A stretch of 64,000 nucleotides of DNA, taken from Felis catus (Eukaryota). The notes below the pieces were generated by a model, which did not search any database, was not told the origin of the DNA, and was given only the letters and a program-made list of their open reading frames with translations. This document shows positions 48,167-60,659 of the stretch, one piece after another (positions within the stretch are counted from its first letter, which is position 1; the number at the start of each line of letters is the position of its first letter). Location: assembly GCF_018350175.1 (NCBI RefSeq), contig NC_058368.1, forward strand, positions 27,778,001 to 27,842,000. The letters are read 5' to 3'. Made by a program: the position numbers and the translations under genes.

Positions 48167-48370
48167 TTTTTTAAATCTTTATTCACTTTTGAGAGAGAGA
48201 GTGTGAGCAGGGGAGGAGCAGAGAGAGAGAGGGAGAGACAGAATTCAAAGCAGGCTCCAGGTCCTGAGCTGGCAGCACAGAGCCTGACGCAGGGCTCGAA
48301 CTCACGAACCGTGAGATCATGACCTGAGCCGAAGTCAGGTGCTCAACCGACTGAACCACCCAGGTGCCCC
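48167..48370 (-). mobile_element. CAN-SINE with adjacent (TA)n
   Basis: Consensus-like. Confidence 0.9.
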
Positions 48371-48724
48371 AGTTTTTGTTGATATTAACCCTTAGAAGAA
48401 AATCCAGAGTACTGCAGTAAAGGGCATGCACTTTCTAACGCTAGTAAACAAAACTATATAAACAGGTACTTTTTCTTTTGTTTGTTTTTCTTGATTCCTA
48501 TTGAGAATTCAATCTCTTTAGTAAGTGATGTCCTCTTAGTAACTGGTGCTCAGAAGTGAATCATACCACTTGCATACATGACAAGCCATCAGTCCTCCCA
48601 GTGTGTGAGCAAACTGAGAGCAGTGGACGATGGGCTGTTCTTCAGCCTGTACTCACCACCTTTGGGGGTTTTATGATGCAACTGCAGTCACAGAAGCAGA
48701 CAGATGTGGGGACCACGCACCTGC

Positions 48725-49550
48725 ATGATTCATTTATTCACCTTTTACGTATCAAGGCACACTGTGTGAAGGCTTTGTTCTAGGCACTGGGAACAGGCGT
48801 AAAATAGCAGAGATCATCCCTGACTGCATGGAAATTACAATCTGGAGATGAGAAATAGAAGTCAACAAGTTGATAGCAGTGGTATTTCAGACAATGATAT
48901 GTACCGTGAGGAACACATCCGGGGTGAGATTAAGGGAGAGATTGGAGATCATAGTTCCTCCATGAAGAGGTAACATGAAAGGACAAGAGACCATCACACA
49001 GAGATTGGGCTCCAAAGTATACACTTAGATGTCCCCTGTTATCTGGTATGGGAGAAAATGCAAAGGCCCTAAAGTGGGAGTGACTTTGGAGTTTGAGTCT
49101 TTAGTGATTGGATTGTAGATGGTGAGGAAGAGAATATGGTGAAATGAGGTTGGCGGGAGCCAGGAAGTACAAGGTTTTGGAAGCCAGTGATTTTATTCTA
49201 AGACTAATGGGAAATCACAGGAGGGTTTTAAGCAAAAGGAAGGCATGATCTCTTTTATAATTTAGTCAGGTGGTTGTGTGGAGACCAAATTATAGAGGGT
49301 GGGAATGGAAGCAAAAGCAAGGCCTGAGAGGATAATGATTTGGACTAGAATGATGGCCATGGAAAGAAATGGGTGAATTCAGGATGTGTTTAGCGGGTAG
49401 AGTCAACAAAACTTCTAGTGGTTTGGATGTGGGGTGGATGGGGGATGTGGAAGGAAAGCCCATCTTTGCTGACAAAAATACTAGGTGAAAACAGTCCAGG
49501 CACATGGGCAATCCAGAATACCCTTGGTTGTGTGGTTAAGGAGGATGAGG
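48725..49550 (-). mobile_element. L2 remnant
   Basis: attcatttattcac reverse L2 end; ttctaggcactggg..tgcaaaggccctaaagtggg. Confidence 0.65.
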
Positions 49551-49556
49551 ATCAGT

Positions 49557-49690
49557 TTTCTCTCTCTCTCTTTTCTTTTTCATCATGATAAGTGTACTCT
49601 TTAATCTCTATCATCTATTTTATCCATAGCCCACCCACCTCTCCTGTGGTAACCATGTTTATTCATGATAGTTAAGAGCTTGTTCCTTGG

Positions 49691-49727
<37 letters not shown>

Positions 49728-50080
49728 CTCTCTTTTTCCCTTTGCTTGTTTTGTTTCTTAAATTCCACATACGAGTGAAATCACATGGTATTTGTCTTTC
49801 TCTGATTTATTTCTCTTGGCACTATAACTCTACCTCCATCCGTGTTGTTGCAAATGGCAAGATTTCATTCTTTTTGATGGCTGAATAATATTCCCTTGTG
49901 TGTGTATGTATGTCCATTCATCTATCAATGGACACTTGGGCTGCTTCCATAGTTTGGCTATTGTAGATAATACTTCAATAAACATAGGGGTTCATGTTTC
50001 CCTTTGAATTAGTGTTTTTGTATTCTTTGGGTGAATACCCAGTAGCACAATTACTGATCATAGGGGGTAGATCTACTTTG
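49557..50080 (-). mobile_element. Carnivore L1 3' end
   Basis: gtgaaatcacatggtatttgtctttctctg..gttgcaaatggcaagatttcattc. Confidence 0.85.
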
Positions 50081-50603
50081 AAGGGTCGGATTTCTCTTAA
50101 TATTCAGGTCTCTAGCTCAGTAACATACTGTTCAATCTGCATGCTGAGAAGTCTAGAAAAGGGGACATAAATGTCATACTCTTCAGTGAACCAGGCTGAC
50201 TAGAATATGGCACTTGGGTATACTTTATGGTGAGTGAGGAAAAAAGAAAAACCTTTCTAGCAGCTAAGATGTGACTACCACCTGATAGGTCTTGAAGTTG
50301 TTGAGAAAATAGCAACCCAGTAAGCCAGAGAGAGCATTCTGGGTCAACGTGCAGTTGGCATTTTAGCTAGCACTGAACATTTTAGCTAGGCACGAAACAA
50401 ACCCAGCCTCTGGCTTTGCCACCCAGCAGTCATTATCCTCAAGGTTCCCAAATTCCCCAGTGATTGACTTATAGCCACCTACCATGACTACTTTCTGTTA
50501 ATCTTCATGACTGAAAAGGAGGCTGTGAATGGGGCCTGCCTACCCTTCCTTCCATAAACATATATTGATCTGCTGCTATGCATCAGGCACTGTGTTTCTT
50601 TTC

Positions 50604-50778
50604 TTTTAAAATATTTTATTATTTTGGGGAGAGCACAAGTGGGGAAGGGGCAGAGAGAGGGGACAGAGGATCTGAAGCTGGGTCTGCACTGACAGGCTGA
50701 CAGCAGTGAGCCGGATATGGGGCTTGAACTTACGAACTGCGAGATCCTGACCTGAGCTGAAGTCGGGTGCTCAACTGA
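50604..50778 (-). mobile_element. CAN-SINE
   Basis: Consensus-like. Confidence 0.87.
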
Positions 50779-50958
50779 CTGAGCCGCCCAGGTGCGCCAG
50801 ACCTGTTTCTGCCAAGAAGCTTATGGTCTTAATGATGCTATTCCTTAAGAATCAGTTAACATCATAGGGTACCTATTACAGCATTGTTTCTTCAGCTTCC
50901 ACGTCCCTGACTCAACAATACATGGGCAACTGAGAGCATGGTGTTGCCTTTAATTTAC

Positions 50959-51162
50959 TTTTTTTTTTAAGTTTGTTTGTTTATTTTGAGATAGACACAG
51001 TATGAGTGGGGGAGGGAAGAGAGAGGGAGGGAGAATCCCAAGCAGGCTCCATGCGGCCAGCACAGAACCCAATGTGGGGTCCGAATTCATGAATCATGAG
51101 ATCATGACCTTAGCCAAAACCAAGAGCTGGATGCTTAACTGACTGAGCCACCCAGGCGCCCC
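50959..51162 (-). mobile_element. CAN-SINE
   Basis: TSD-like taatttac on both sides. Confidence 0.88.
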
Positions 51163-51965
51163 TAATTTACATTTTTTAATTCAAAAGTTGTAATATGTAA
51201 CACACAGGAAAGTCCATGGATTAATTATAGGGGGAGCCTCTAAGTAGCCAGCTCTAGAAGTAGAATACAACCGTCGGTTGTATTCTGACCTTTATGATAA
51301 TCATTTTCTTGCCTTTCCTTAAGGTGTCAACTCCTATGTGTTAAATTTAATTTTTGAAATCAGTTGCTGCAAGCATCACCAAACACGAGGGAAAGCTCTG
51401 CCCATTCTTTCTTTTGAAAGGTCGAGTTTCCCTCTTCTGATGTTTCCGCTTTCTTATACTCTCTTCCCATTTTCCTTCTACTCTTCACTTACAGGATTTA
51501 CTTTAGCGAGACTGACAGTGGGATACAGGGCATACGGGAGGGACATCTGTGTTGCAGCAGCAATGCCACAGAGCTACTTCGGGTTCCCCTTCACGTTTTA
51601 GGTCTTGCTGAAGCTTCCGCCTTCCTTCAGCCTCCGGAGCTCACACCTGGCATGGCCCGCGAGGAGACAGTTGCTCGGGAACAAAGCTCTTGTTGAACTG
51701 GTAGAAGATGAGGGAATGAAGCTCTGAAGTTCAGAACTGTTCCCCCTCTGCCCACATCTGGCACCAGCTCCAGCCGATGGCTATTAACAGCCTGTCATAT
51801 TGTCATACGGTTAATGTGAGAAGAAGTTTCTGTAGATTTCTTCTAAGCGGTGGGGGTAGGGGAAAGCAATCCCCACGGTCAGTTCATACAGCACCTTAGG
51901 TTCTCAAAAATCTCTCAGCCCTGTAGCACGCTTTCCGCTTACACACATTTTTCATTGTTTTAAAG

Positions 51966-52065
51966 GGTAAATAATGCTTTCCTGGACCGACTCCAAGGCA
52001 AAAGTCAACCAGGTGGCTTCGAGCACTTTGGAGGCCATTGGAATATGAATAGTGGTAACAGCTGG
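51966..52065 (+). CDS. EPSTI1: EPSTI1 coding exon (100 nt, phase 2 in, 0 out): (R)VNNAFLDRLQGKSQPGGFEHFGGHWNMNSGNSW
   Basis: Acceptor ttttcattgttttaaag, donor TGG|gtgagt. Matches recalled human VNNAFLDRLQGKSQPGGLEQSGGCWNMNSGNSW. Confidence 0.96.
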
Positions 52066-53639
52066 GTGAGTTTTTTTCTTGTCTCTTCAAAAAAATCTTT
52101 GAAAAGTAAAAACAATGAGAATTTTAAAAATATGTTGGGCCTTCTCCCAAGATATTATTTTTTTGTTGTGCTGTTCAGCTGTGTGATGGGCAGTCAGCCA
52201 GGGTGATTACTGTAAATTCCACAATAGTTTCTAGAGAGAAGGAGAAAGTCCAGGTTTCAGCTCTGGCCAATCACAATAAAAAATGACACCTGCCCTTTGC
52301 TCTCAGGGTAATTGCCTGGACTGTAAGAATTTTTTTTTTATCACCCCTTTCCCAGACCCTACAACAAAAACAAATGAAAAAAAAATTTTTCAAGAAGACT
52401 TTAAGTGCAATACGGTTATAAAAATAGTAAGCATTCTCTAGTAATATAGTCTTTCGGTGAAACGACCACATCAAAGAAACCAGTATTTAATTTTTCACTA
52501 CAAAATGATTTTTAAAAATCCCTACAGCAAAAGGCACTTTCTGAAAATGAAATGTCTTTCTGGATTTCTGTGAAGAAAACATTGCAACTGTGTTGTAATA
52601 TGTGTTTAGTGTGTTTTGCGTGCACAATATATCATCGAACCCACACCAGATCTTCTGAATGTATGATTGCAGGGTTTGCAACGCGTACAGAATCAAAACT
52701 AACTATAGTGGGTTTTATAATTTAATTTAAGCCAAGTACATATGTACCTACTAAAAGAAATGGAACAGGTAGAGATCTTTAAACTGGTAAAATACAACAA
52801 AACAAGTGCTTGCTGGCCCGGAAACTCTAGAGATCACCCTTTAATAAATATTTGATGGACAAAAGATAATTTTTGAGAAGACAATCTGTTGGAAATCTTA
52901 TGGATGTTTTCTTGAAAGGCGTTTAGTAGTTAAAATTGATGGATAGATCTAACAGTTCTCTTCAGTGTATACACTGGGCATGTCTTTCCATAACGCGTGC
53001 CCACGTGTATCACTGTGGCATTGAGAATAGGGACAAGATGGAAGAACAAGAAAATAATCAAAACACAGTATCTTTCCATCATGAATTACAATTTACAAAT
53101 TATTGACTTCCTTGTAAGAATATGTGAGTAGGAGTCATGTGGAAAATGGGGCATTGTGAGTGAGTTTGAGACGTTATCCAAATTCGTGGAATTTGTATGT
53201 CGTGAAACACGACTAGAAGTTTGATTTTGGACAGGACTTGGGAACTCTCTGCACGTTCTCTCCTCTACCTACCAACTCTCAAAATTTAGAAACTACTTAG
53301 AAAAATACCTGGGATTGAGGGGAGGATAATGGGAGAGAGTAAATGAATACCACATGGACTGCTGTTAAGGGAATGAGAATTTGGGAATCTGGTTCACCAC
53401 CGACCATTGGTAGGCCTTATGGAAGTGAGCTATGAATCTCTGCTTAGATTCTTCATGGGTAAAAAGAAAGGAACATCATTTTCTCATGATAGGAGTGAAG
53501 GCTATTAAAGTTTCCTTAGTAGGACCATCAGAACCAAGTCCAAAGTGGTTATCAGCTCTTCCCTTACTTGAAGGAAGCTGTGACAAAGATGAGAGTTTCT
53601 TCAGGCTCCCGACTCCACCTCCCTATAGACATCCTTACC

Positions 53640-55575
53640 TATATGCCTATTTTTCCTTGGAGACCAGATTCTTACTCCTCCACCTACTGAGGGACTTTGC
53701 TCTGACACTCCCCTCTCTTCTGAATCATCAAATATTCATCTCAACTAGAAAATTCCCATCAGCATAAAATAGAGATACAAATTATATTGATACCCCCCTC
53801 CCTCTTGCTACTGTTCTATTTCTTTGTTCCTCTTTCAAGCAGAACTCCAAGAGGTATCTGTCCTTCAGCTTTTCTAATTTCTTTGTTCCCGTTTCTCTTA
53901 CACTTATTTAAATCAGAATTTAGACCTTATCCATCCAAACATAATGCTCTTGTCATGGTCACTTACAATGTCCACATTACAAAGTCCGGTGGTTATTTTT
54001 CAATCTTCGTCTTTTGATGTACCAGCATCATTTGTCATGGCGAGTCATTCCCTCCTCTCTGAAACTGTTTACTTGGCTTCTGGGGCACTAGTCTGTCCTG
54101 AGTTTCCACCAACCTCAGTGGCTACTCCTTTTCATTCTCCTTTGCTGAATCGCCTGCATCTTGTCCTCTCACCATTGGAGCACCTCAGAGATCCACCTTG
54201 GACCGCCTTCTGAACTTTATGTTCACTTAATACCTTGGTGGCCTTATTGGTTATTATTACGTTAAATACAATTTTTGTGCTTATTACTCCCATGTTTCTT
54301 TTTTTTTAATTTTTTAATGTTTATTTTTGAGAGAGACAGAGCAAGCACATGAGCAGGGGAGGAGCAGAGAGAGCAGGAGACACAGAATCTGAAGCAGGCT
54401 CCAGGCTCTGAGCTGTCAGCACAGAGCCTGACCCAGGGCTTGAACTCGAGAACCGCGAGATTATGACCTAGGCTGAAGTCAGACACTTAGCTGAATGAGC
54501 CACCCAGGCGCCCCTTATTACTCTCACATTTCTAATTCCACCCTCTACCTCTTCCTTGACTCCAGACTTGCATTCTCGATTTGTCCACACAACATCTCTA
54601 CTTGTATGTCTAATGGACATTTCAACCTTCACATGTCTAAAACTTGGTAGGACGTGATTGTCCTACTAAGGAAACCTTTGATCCGCTCTACCCAAAGGCT
54701 CCATCTGCACTCTTTGCTGTTTATATAATGGTACAACCCATCTCACATCTCATAACTGATCCATCAACAGATCTTTTTTTCTTTTCTTTCAAAATATATA
54801 CAATCCAGTAGCTTCTCACCACTTCCACCACTATTACCCTGCTTCTAACCTCCATTATGTTTATCTAGATTCTCGAAAAAGTCTCCAAGATGGTTTCATT
54901 GCTTCCACACTTAGCCACTTAGAACCTATTCTCAATATAAGAGTGATCCCTTTGGAACAGAAGCCAGATCCTGTCACTTTCCTGCTTAAAATCCCCCAGT
55001 GGCTCCCATGACTCTCTAAATCCAATGGAGTGAAAGCCAAAGTCCATATAGTCACCTACGGGGTGCTACCTGATCTAGACCCCACTTTACCCCACTGGTG
55101 CTCTCCTGCCACTGCCCTTCTTTCTCATTCCTCGCAGCCATGCTAGTTTTCTTGCTTCTCTTTGAAAACTTAAGGACCTGGATGCTTTCACCTTAAGGCC
55201 TTTGCACTGGCTGCTCCTTCTGTACCTTTCTCCATATGATTTATTCTCCAAGCATTTTGTAGAATTCCACCCCATTGAGGTTTCCTTGGCCATTTATTTA
55301 ATGCTGCCACCTGTGCCCTCATCCCTGGCTCTAGCCATACGTTTTCCAACCTCCACTTCCTTTTCTCTGGCACTCTGCAGTTTCTTACATCTTTCTAATA
55401 TTATTTGCTTATATGTATTGTTGACTGTTTACTCTTAGTCTCTCCCTGTGATAATGCATGTTCCGTATTGTGTCAATCAGGGTCCTTTGATTGTTTTGCT
55501 CACTGATCTATCCCAAGCATAAAACAGTAATTGGAACTTAGCACAGGCACAAGGAAACAGGTGGCTGTGATTGAA
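53640..55575 (+). mobile_element. L2 LINE remnant, interrupted by a SINE
   Basis: Pyrimidine-rich L2 body (cacttcctgcttaaaatccccc, ggcctttgcactggctgctccttctg) and L2 3' end. Confidence 0.75.
54299..54514 (-). mobile_element. CAN-SINE
   Basis: Imperfect TSD ttattactc.ca..tttct. Confidence 0.9.
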
Positions 55576-55699
55576 GGTTGGCCAAACAACAAAGATTTAG
55601 GACCAAATGATTTGATATACCAAAATGCTTAGATACCAAATTGAAAATAGCTATGTATAAAACATTCAATGGACCAAATTTTGGATTTGAGACAATAAG

Positions 55700-57260
55700 G
55701 GAAAACAAGAGACAAAGACAAACAAAAAGATTTCAAAAAAGAACAAAATAGAACTTCTAGGAATAAAGAAATTTAATCTTTGGAATTAAAGCACTCAATG
55801 AACTCATCACAATAAAAGGAATTCGAATTAGGAACTAAATCAAAATACCATTTCCCATCTATTATTTTGGCAAAAGAACAAAAGTTTGGCAATATACTCT
55901 GTTGGCAAGGCTGTGGGGATAAAGGTTCATTCACACACTGTTGGTGAGAATTCAAAATGATGTAAACACTATCTAAATTAATTTGTCACTGTCTTTTCAT
56001 AAAATAAAAACCAGACCTAGACATATTGCAGAAAAGTTGTACGAAATGTTGAAGGAACAGATAATTTCAAATGTCTAGAAAGTTTTCCAGATAAATGAGA
56101 AAAGAGAAAATATTCTCTCAAAGGATTAAGCAAGTGAATATAACTTGAATCAAAATTACACAAACACTATACAGAAAAAAATATATGTATGTAAGCTCAC
56201 TCATAAACAGATTGAAAATATCACAAATTTTGACAGATTTATCACAAATTAAAAAACAAAAAAACTGAGATGGTTTATCTCATAAATTATAGGAAAAATA
56301 CCATATGATCATCTCAATAGATACAGGAAAAAGAAACAACTTGATAAATATCAATACTCATTTGTGGTAAAAATTGCTAACAAAGGAGGAAGAGAAAGGA
56401 CATTTCTTTAGCTAATAAACTGATCGAAATTCTATAATAAAAATACATCAAAAGCATTTCCTTTAAATCATATATAAAGGTTGAAAGGAAAAGAAACATT
56501 TATAATTAATAGATGATACAATCATTTACTCAGAAAATCTGAAGGAATTGATATTTAAGTTATTAGAATAAACGAGGAGCCAACAATGTTGATAGATGCA
56601 GGATCAATATGTAAAAACTCACTTCATTTTTATACATTGTGAATAAACAAAAAATTTAATAAAAAGATAAAACCAAAAATGCACATAACCTTTAAAAATA
56701 TATATAAATTTTTTATAGAAAGACCCTAAGGAACAAATGAATGAAGAAGTTATACCTTGTTTAATGGGTAGAAATAGGAATGAGCTCTCAAATTATCTAT
56801 AGAGTTCATTAAATCCTAATCAAAGCAAAGAACCAAGAATAGCCAATTCGCTCTTAAAGATAAAGAAATATGTACGGGGATTTAGTTAAATATTTAATAT
56901 GGTCTGGAATTGGCCCAGGTGGACCCAGCCATTTCTGGAATTCTGATGTATGACAGAAGGCAGAGCACATCATTGGGGGAAGATGAACTCTGTAACAAAT
57001 TGCTGGCGGGACAAATTGAGAACCCACATGGCATTGTAACCAGTTAATTCCAGGTGGATTAAGGCTTATAAGTAGAAATGAAGACTTTTTAGATTTTAGA
57101 ATAGACTACAAAATTGAAGATTTTGTAAGACCCCAGGTATAAACCAAAAACTAACGATAAATATGCATTAAAATGAAACATCTGTTCATCAAAGGACACC
57201 GTACAAAAGAAAGAAGTCATATATGAAGATTTTTTAAATAAGTGGACAAAACGTTAGTAT
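55700..57260 (+). mobile_element. Ancient L1 fragments
   Basis: Eroded ORF2 DNA (ccatatgatcatctcaatagatacagg; cacactgttggtgagaat). Confidence 0.6.
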
Positions 57261-58377
57261 ACAGAGGTGTTTAGACTGTCATTTATTTAGAAGTTGGTTG
57301 CTGACACCTGAGCTACCCTGGGAATGATCGAGAGGAGCTCACAGATAGGGCTTGGAGGAAATACTGGAATCAGTAAAAGGTTCAAAAAGAAGAAAAGGAA
57401 GAAGGCAGAAAATATGACAAAACAATAATGAAAGCCAAAGAGAGAAAAACTTGATTTTTGAAGCATCATATAAGCACTTAAGTAGCAGGCCTTTAATAAG
57501 TATATTTTGGGTAGACAAATGAGATTGATCTTTATCTTTAAATCTTTAACATTTAAGTCACATTCTTCTCATATTGCTTTATATATATGTATTTTTTTCT
57601 TTGATAATTTAAAATTGCTGTTATATTTAAAAAATTTTGGTTTTCTTGACCCCTCTACTTTTCATGATGTACGTAGGGTAGGATGTTGAAAGAATCACTT
57701 CAAATTCTCTTTGATGTCAGTAGGTGAGACCCTTTGAAATGCTGTGGAACCCTAAATCCTATGTCTTCAAGGGCATTTGAGCATTTGCCATGACCTATGA
57801 GGCAACCTGAGATTTTAGTTTCCCAGAATGTTAGAACAACAATAGTTTGAATGCCAAGTGTAACTTGGCCCCAGCATTCTGGAGGCCTGATGGAGAATTC
57901 TTGATCGTTTGCACATGGTAGGGGGCAGAAGGAACTCATTTAGTCCATCTCCTTAACTCAAGGTCCCCTTAGAAGTCAGCTTTCTGCTGTATAATATGGC
58001 GCCATTCTACTCCATACATTTCCATTTAAATTGTTCTGCTTCACACTGTGCTTGTCCTGTCCTTGCTGTAACTATGGAGGTGGGTGACAGTATTTGTGAA
58101 CACTATTATTTGTGACCTATGTTAGCCTATCTCTAAGAACACAGCTGATGAGCTGTCATTCAACAAGCCATTACATTGTTGACAGAGACTATTTTGTGAA
58201 TCCAATGCAATGGGACTTGAAAATTAAAACATGTCACTGGGACATTAAATCATTAAAAAATAGGCATTAAACTCAATACAGTAAGAGTATTCTTTGAAGG
58301 AGCTTCAGATTGGACTTTAAAAGGTTTTGAATTTTGTTTTGCTGCTTGTACTAATTTTTGTTTTCTTTTGCTTCCAG

Positions 58378-58386
58378 GATGTATGA
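58378..58386 (+). CDS. EPSTI1: EPSTI1 terminal exon coding part: GAT GTA TGA (DV*)
   Basis: Strong acceptor (ctaat branch-like motif, ttttgttttcttttgcttccag). Equivalent to the recalled human C-terminal GI*. Confidence 0.88.
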   Translation, partial: DV

Positions 58387-58920
58387 GAAATATTTACTTA
58401 CATCTGTCCTTTGTCAACGGACCTTGAAGAACATCACTCAATGCTTTTCCTTCATGCTGCTTTGTTTATCCTTACTGTTTTCACCTTGACTTCGACTGCC
58501 CACTCACTCAGCTGAACACGTGGGAATGACCCGTTTTCCCCTGTCATTATTTACACATGCTTGCAGGAGCTGATTGCTGAGCTCATAGTTAATTTCTACT
58601 TCCAGTGAAATGTTGCACTGTTTTTCTCATTAGTTTCACATCTTATTGGAAGTATAATTACAGCCATGTTAGTAAGATGAAAAAGGAGGGATCATTTGCT
58701 GCTTTCAGGTGTATAAGAGCTATACGGGTGCTACAGGCTTATCTCTCTGAGTAGCTAACTCTTATGTAATTCTCAGATCAGGTTTGGGGAATCTTGGGCA
58801 TTTTTTTTGGATTTTAAGCTCTACTTAATCCAGGGTACAAACTTGAGAAAAAGATAAAAAATAAAATCTTTTATATTCTTTTGAACACACTTTTAAATAA
58901 ATTTTGAAATACTTCTGTGT
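58387..58920 (+). other. EPSTI1: EPSTI1 3' UTR (approximate end)
   Basis: Follows the stop codon. AATAAA at 58860-58865 and 58896-58901, then a GU/U-rich stretch. Confidence 0.65.
58896..58901 (+). terminator. Polyadenylation signal AATAAA (a second copy at 58860-58865)
   Basis: Canonical hexamer followed about 20 nt later by tgtgtaaatggtttgttttattttt, a GU/U-rich downstream element. Confidence 0.6.
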
Positions 58921-58940
58921 AAATGGTTTGTTTTATTTTT

Positions 58941-59176
58941 TTTTAATTTATTTTTTTTTTTAATTTTTTTTTTCAACGTTTATTTATTTTTGGGACAGAG
59001 AGAGACAGAGCATGAACGGGGGAGGGGCAGAGAGAGAGGGAGACACAGAATCGGAAACAGGCTCCAGGCTCTGAGCCATCAGCCCAGAGCCTGACGCGGG
59101 GCTTGAACTCACGGACCGCGAGATCGTGACCTGGCTGAAGTCGGACGCTTAACCGACTGCGCCACCCAGGCGCCCC
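58941..59176 (-). mobile_element. CAN-SINE (young type) just past the EPSTI1 poly(A) signal
   Basis: 17-bp TSD tggtttgttttattttt (58924-58940 and 59177-59193). Confidence 0.95.
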
Positions 59177-60177
59177 TGGTTTGTTTTATTTTTAATGAAA
59201 GGCTCTTGAGTTTTTCTCTCTTGATGGGTCTCATTTTTATATTCGTCTTCGTAGTTCATATAGATTAATTGTAAGACCTTAATCACTATCGGATATGCCT
59301 TTGGTCTTGATTTACTTACTAATACTGTTCCTCTGCTTTTTCATAGTGGTTCAGTTAATTCCCTGAAAGGATGTTGTTTATATGAAAATCAACTAGATAC
59401 AAATGTAGATACAAAGTGTGCTTTATAGGTGTTTGGGAATCCTGTCTTTTCTCTATGCAACCTATTTATTATTTATGATAGCTAATTCAGTAGGCTTCTC
59501 TATTCTACTTTTATGACCTTTAGCCAAGTTAAAAAACCTTAGAGTGTAAGAATATTGGTTTTCCATGCTTTATGCTCCACCCCACTCCATGTTATATAGG
59601 AAAGCATTGCATTTAGTCTTAGAATGAAAGTTGGAAGAGCAAATAATTTTTGCAGGTGGGCAATTAATACTGCTTTTTTAATGACGGGTAGTTGACATAC
59701 AATGTTATATTAGTTTAATGTGTATAGTTTAGTGATTTGACATTTGTATGCATTGCAAACTGATCACCACAATTAGTCTAGTTACCCTCTATCATCTCGC
59801 AAAGTTAATACAATATAATTCAGTATATTCTCCATGTTGTACATTCTATCTCCATGACTTACTTATTTTATAATTGGCAGTTTGTGTTTCTTGATCCCTT
59901 TCATCCACTCCCCCATTTCTCCAAAACTCCTCTGACAGCTTCTAATCTGTTCTCTGTATCTGTGTGTTTGGGTTTGTTTTGTTTATTTGTTTTGTTTTTA
60001 GGTTCCAGATACAAGTGAAATAATGCAGTATTTGTCTTTCTCTGACTTATTTCACTTAGAATAATGCCTTCAAGGTCCATCCATGTTGTCACAAATGACA
60101 AGATTTCATTCTTTTTTATGGCTGAGTAGTATTCTGTTATATATATCTACCACATTGTCTTTATCCATTCATTCATT

Positions 60178-60398
60178 TTTTTAAAGAATTTTTTTAATGG
60201 TTATTTATTTTTGAAGGTGAGAGACACAGAGTGTGAGTGGGGGAGGAGCAGAGAAAGAGGGAGACACAGAATCTGAAGCAGGCTCCAGGTTCTGAGCTGT
60301 CATCACAGAGCCCGACGCGGGGCTCGAGCTCACAAACCGCTAGATTGTGACCTGAGCCGAAGTCGGACACTCAACCAACTGAGCCACCCAGGTGCCCC
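60178..60398 (-). mobile_element. CAN-SINE within L1
   Basis: 16-bp TSD tatccattcattcatt (60162-60177 and 60399-60414). Confidence 0.95.
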
Positions 60399-60445
60399 TA
60401 TCCATTCATTCATTGATGGGCATTTAAGCATTGTTTTCATATCTT

Positions 60446-60659
60446 AAAAAAAAATTTTTAATGTTTGTTTTTGAGAGAGGGAGAGAGAGAGAGACTGTGA
60501 GCAGGGGAGGGGCAGAGATGGAGACACAGAACTCGAAGCAGGCTTCCAATCTCTGTGCTGTTAGCACAGAACCTGACACAGGACTCAAACTCATGAACCA
60601 TGAGACCATGACCTGAGCTGAAGTCAGACACTTAACCAAATAAGCCACCCAGGTGTCCC
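60446..60659 (-). mobile_element. CAN-SINE within L1
   Basis: 14-bp TSD tgttttcatatctt (60432-60445 and 60660-60673). Confidence 0.95.

Noticed and set aside
52543..52552. GAAAATGAAA ISRE-like core
   Set aside because: Isolated, lacks the usual trailing CT, and is common in AT-rich DNA.
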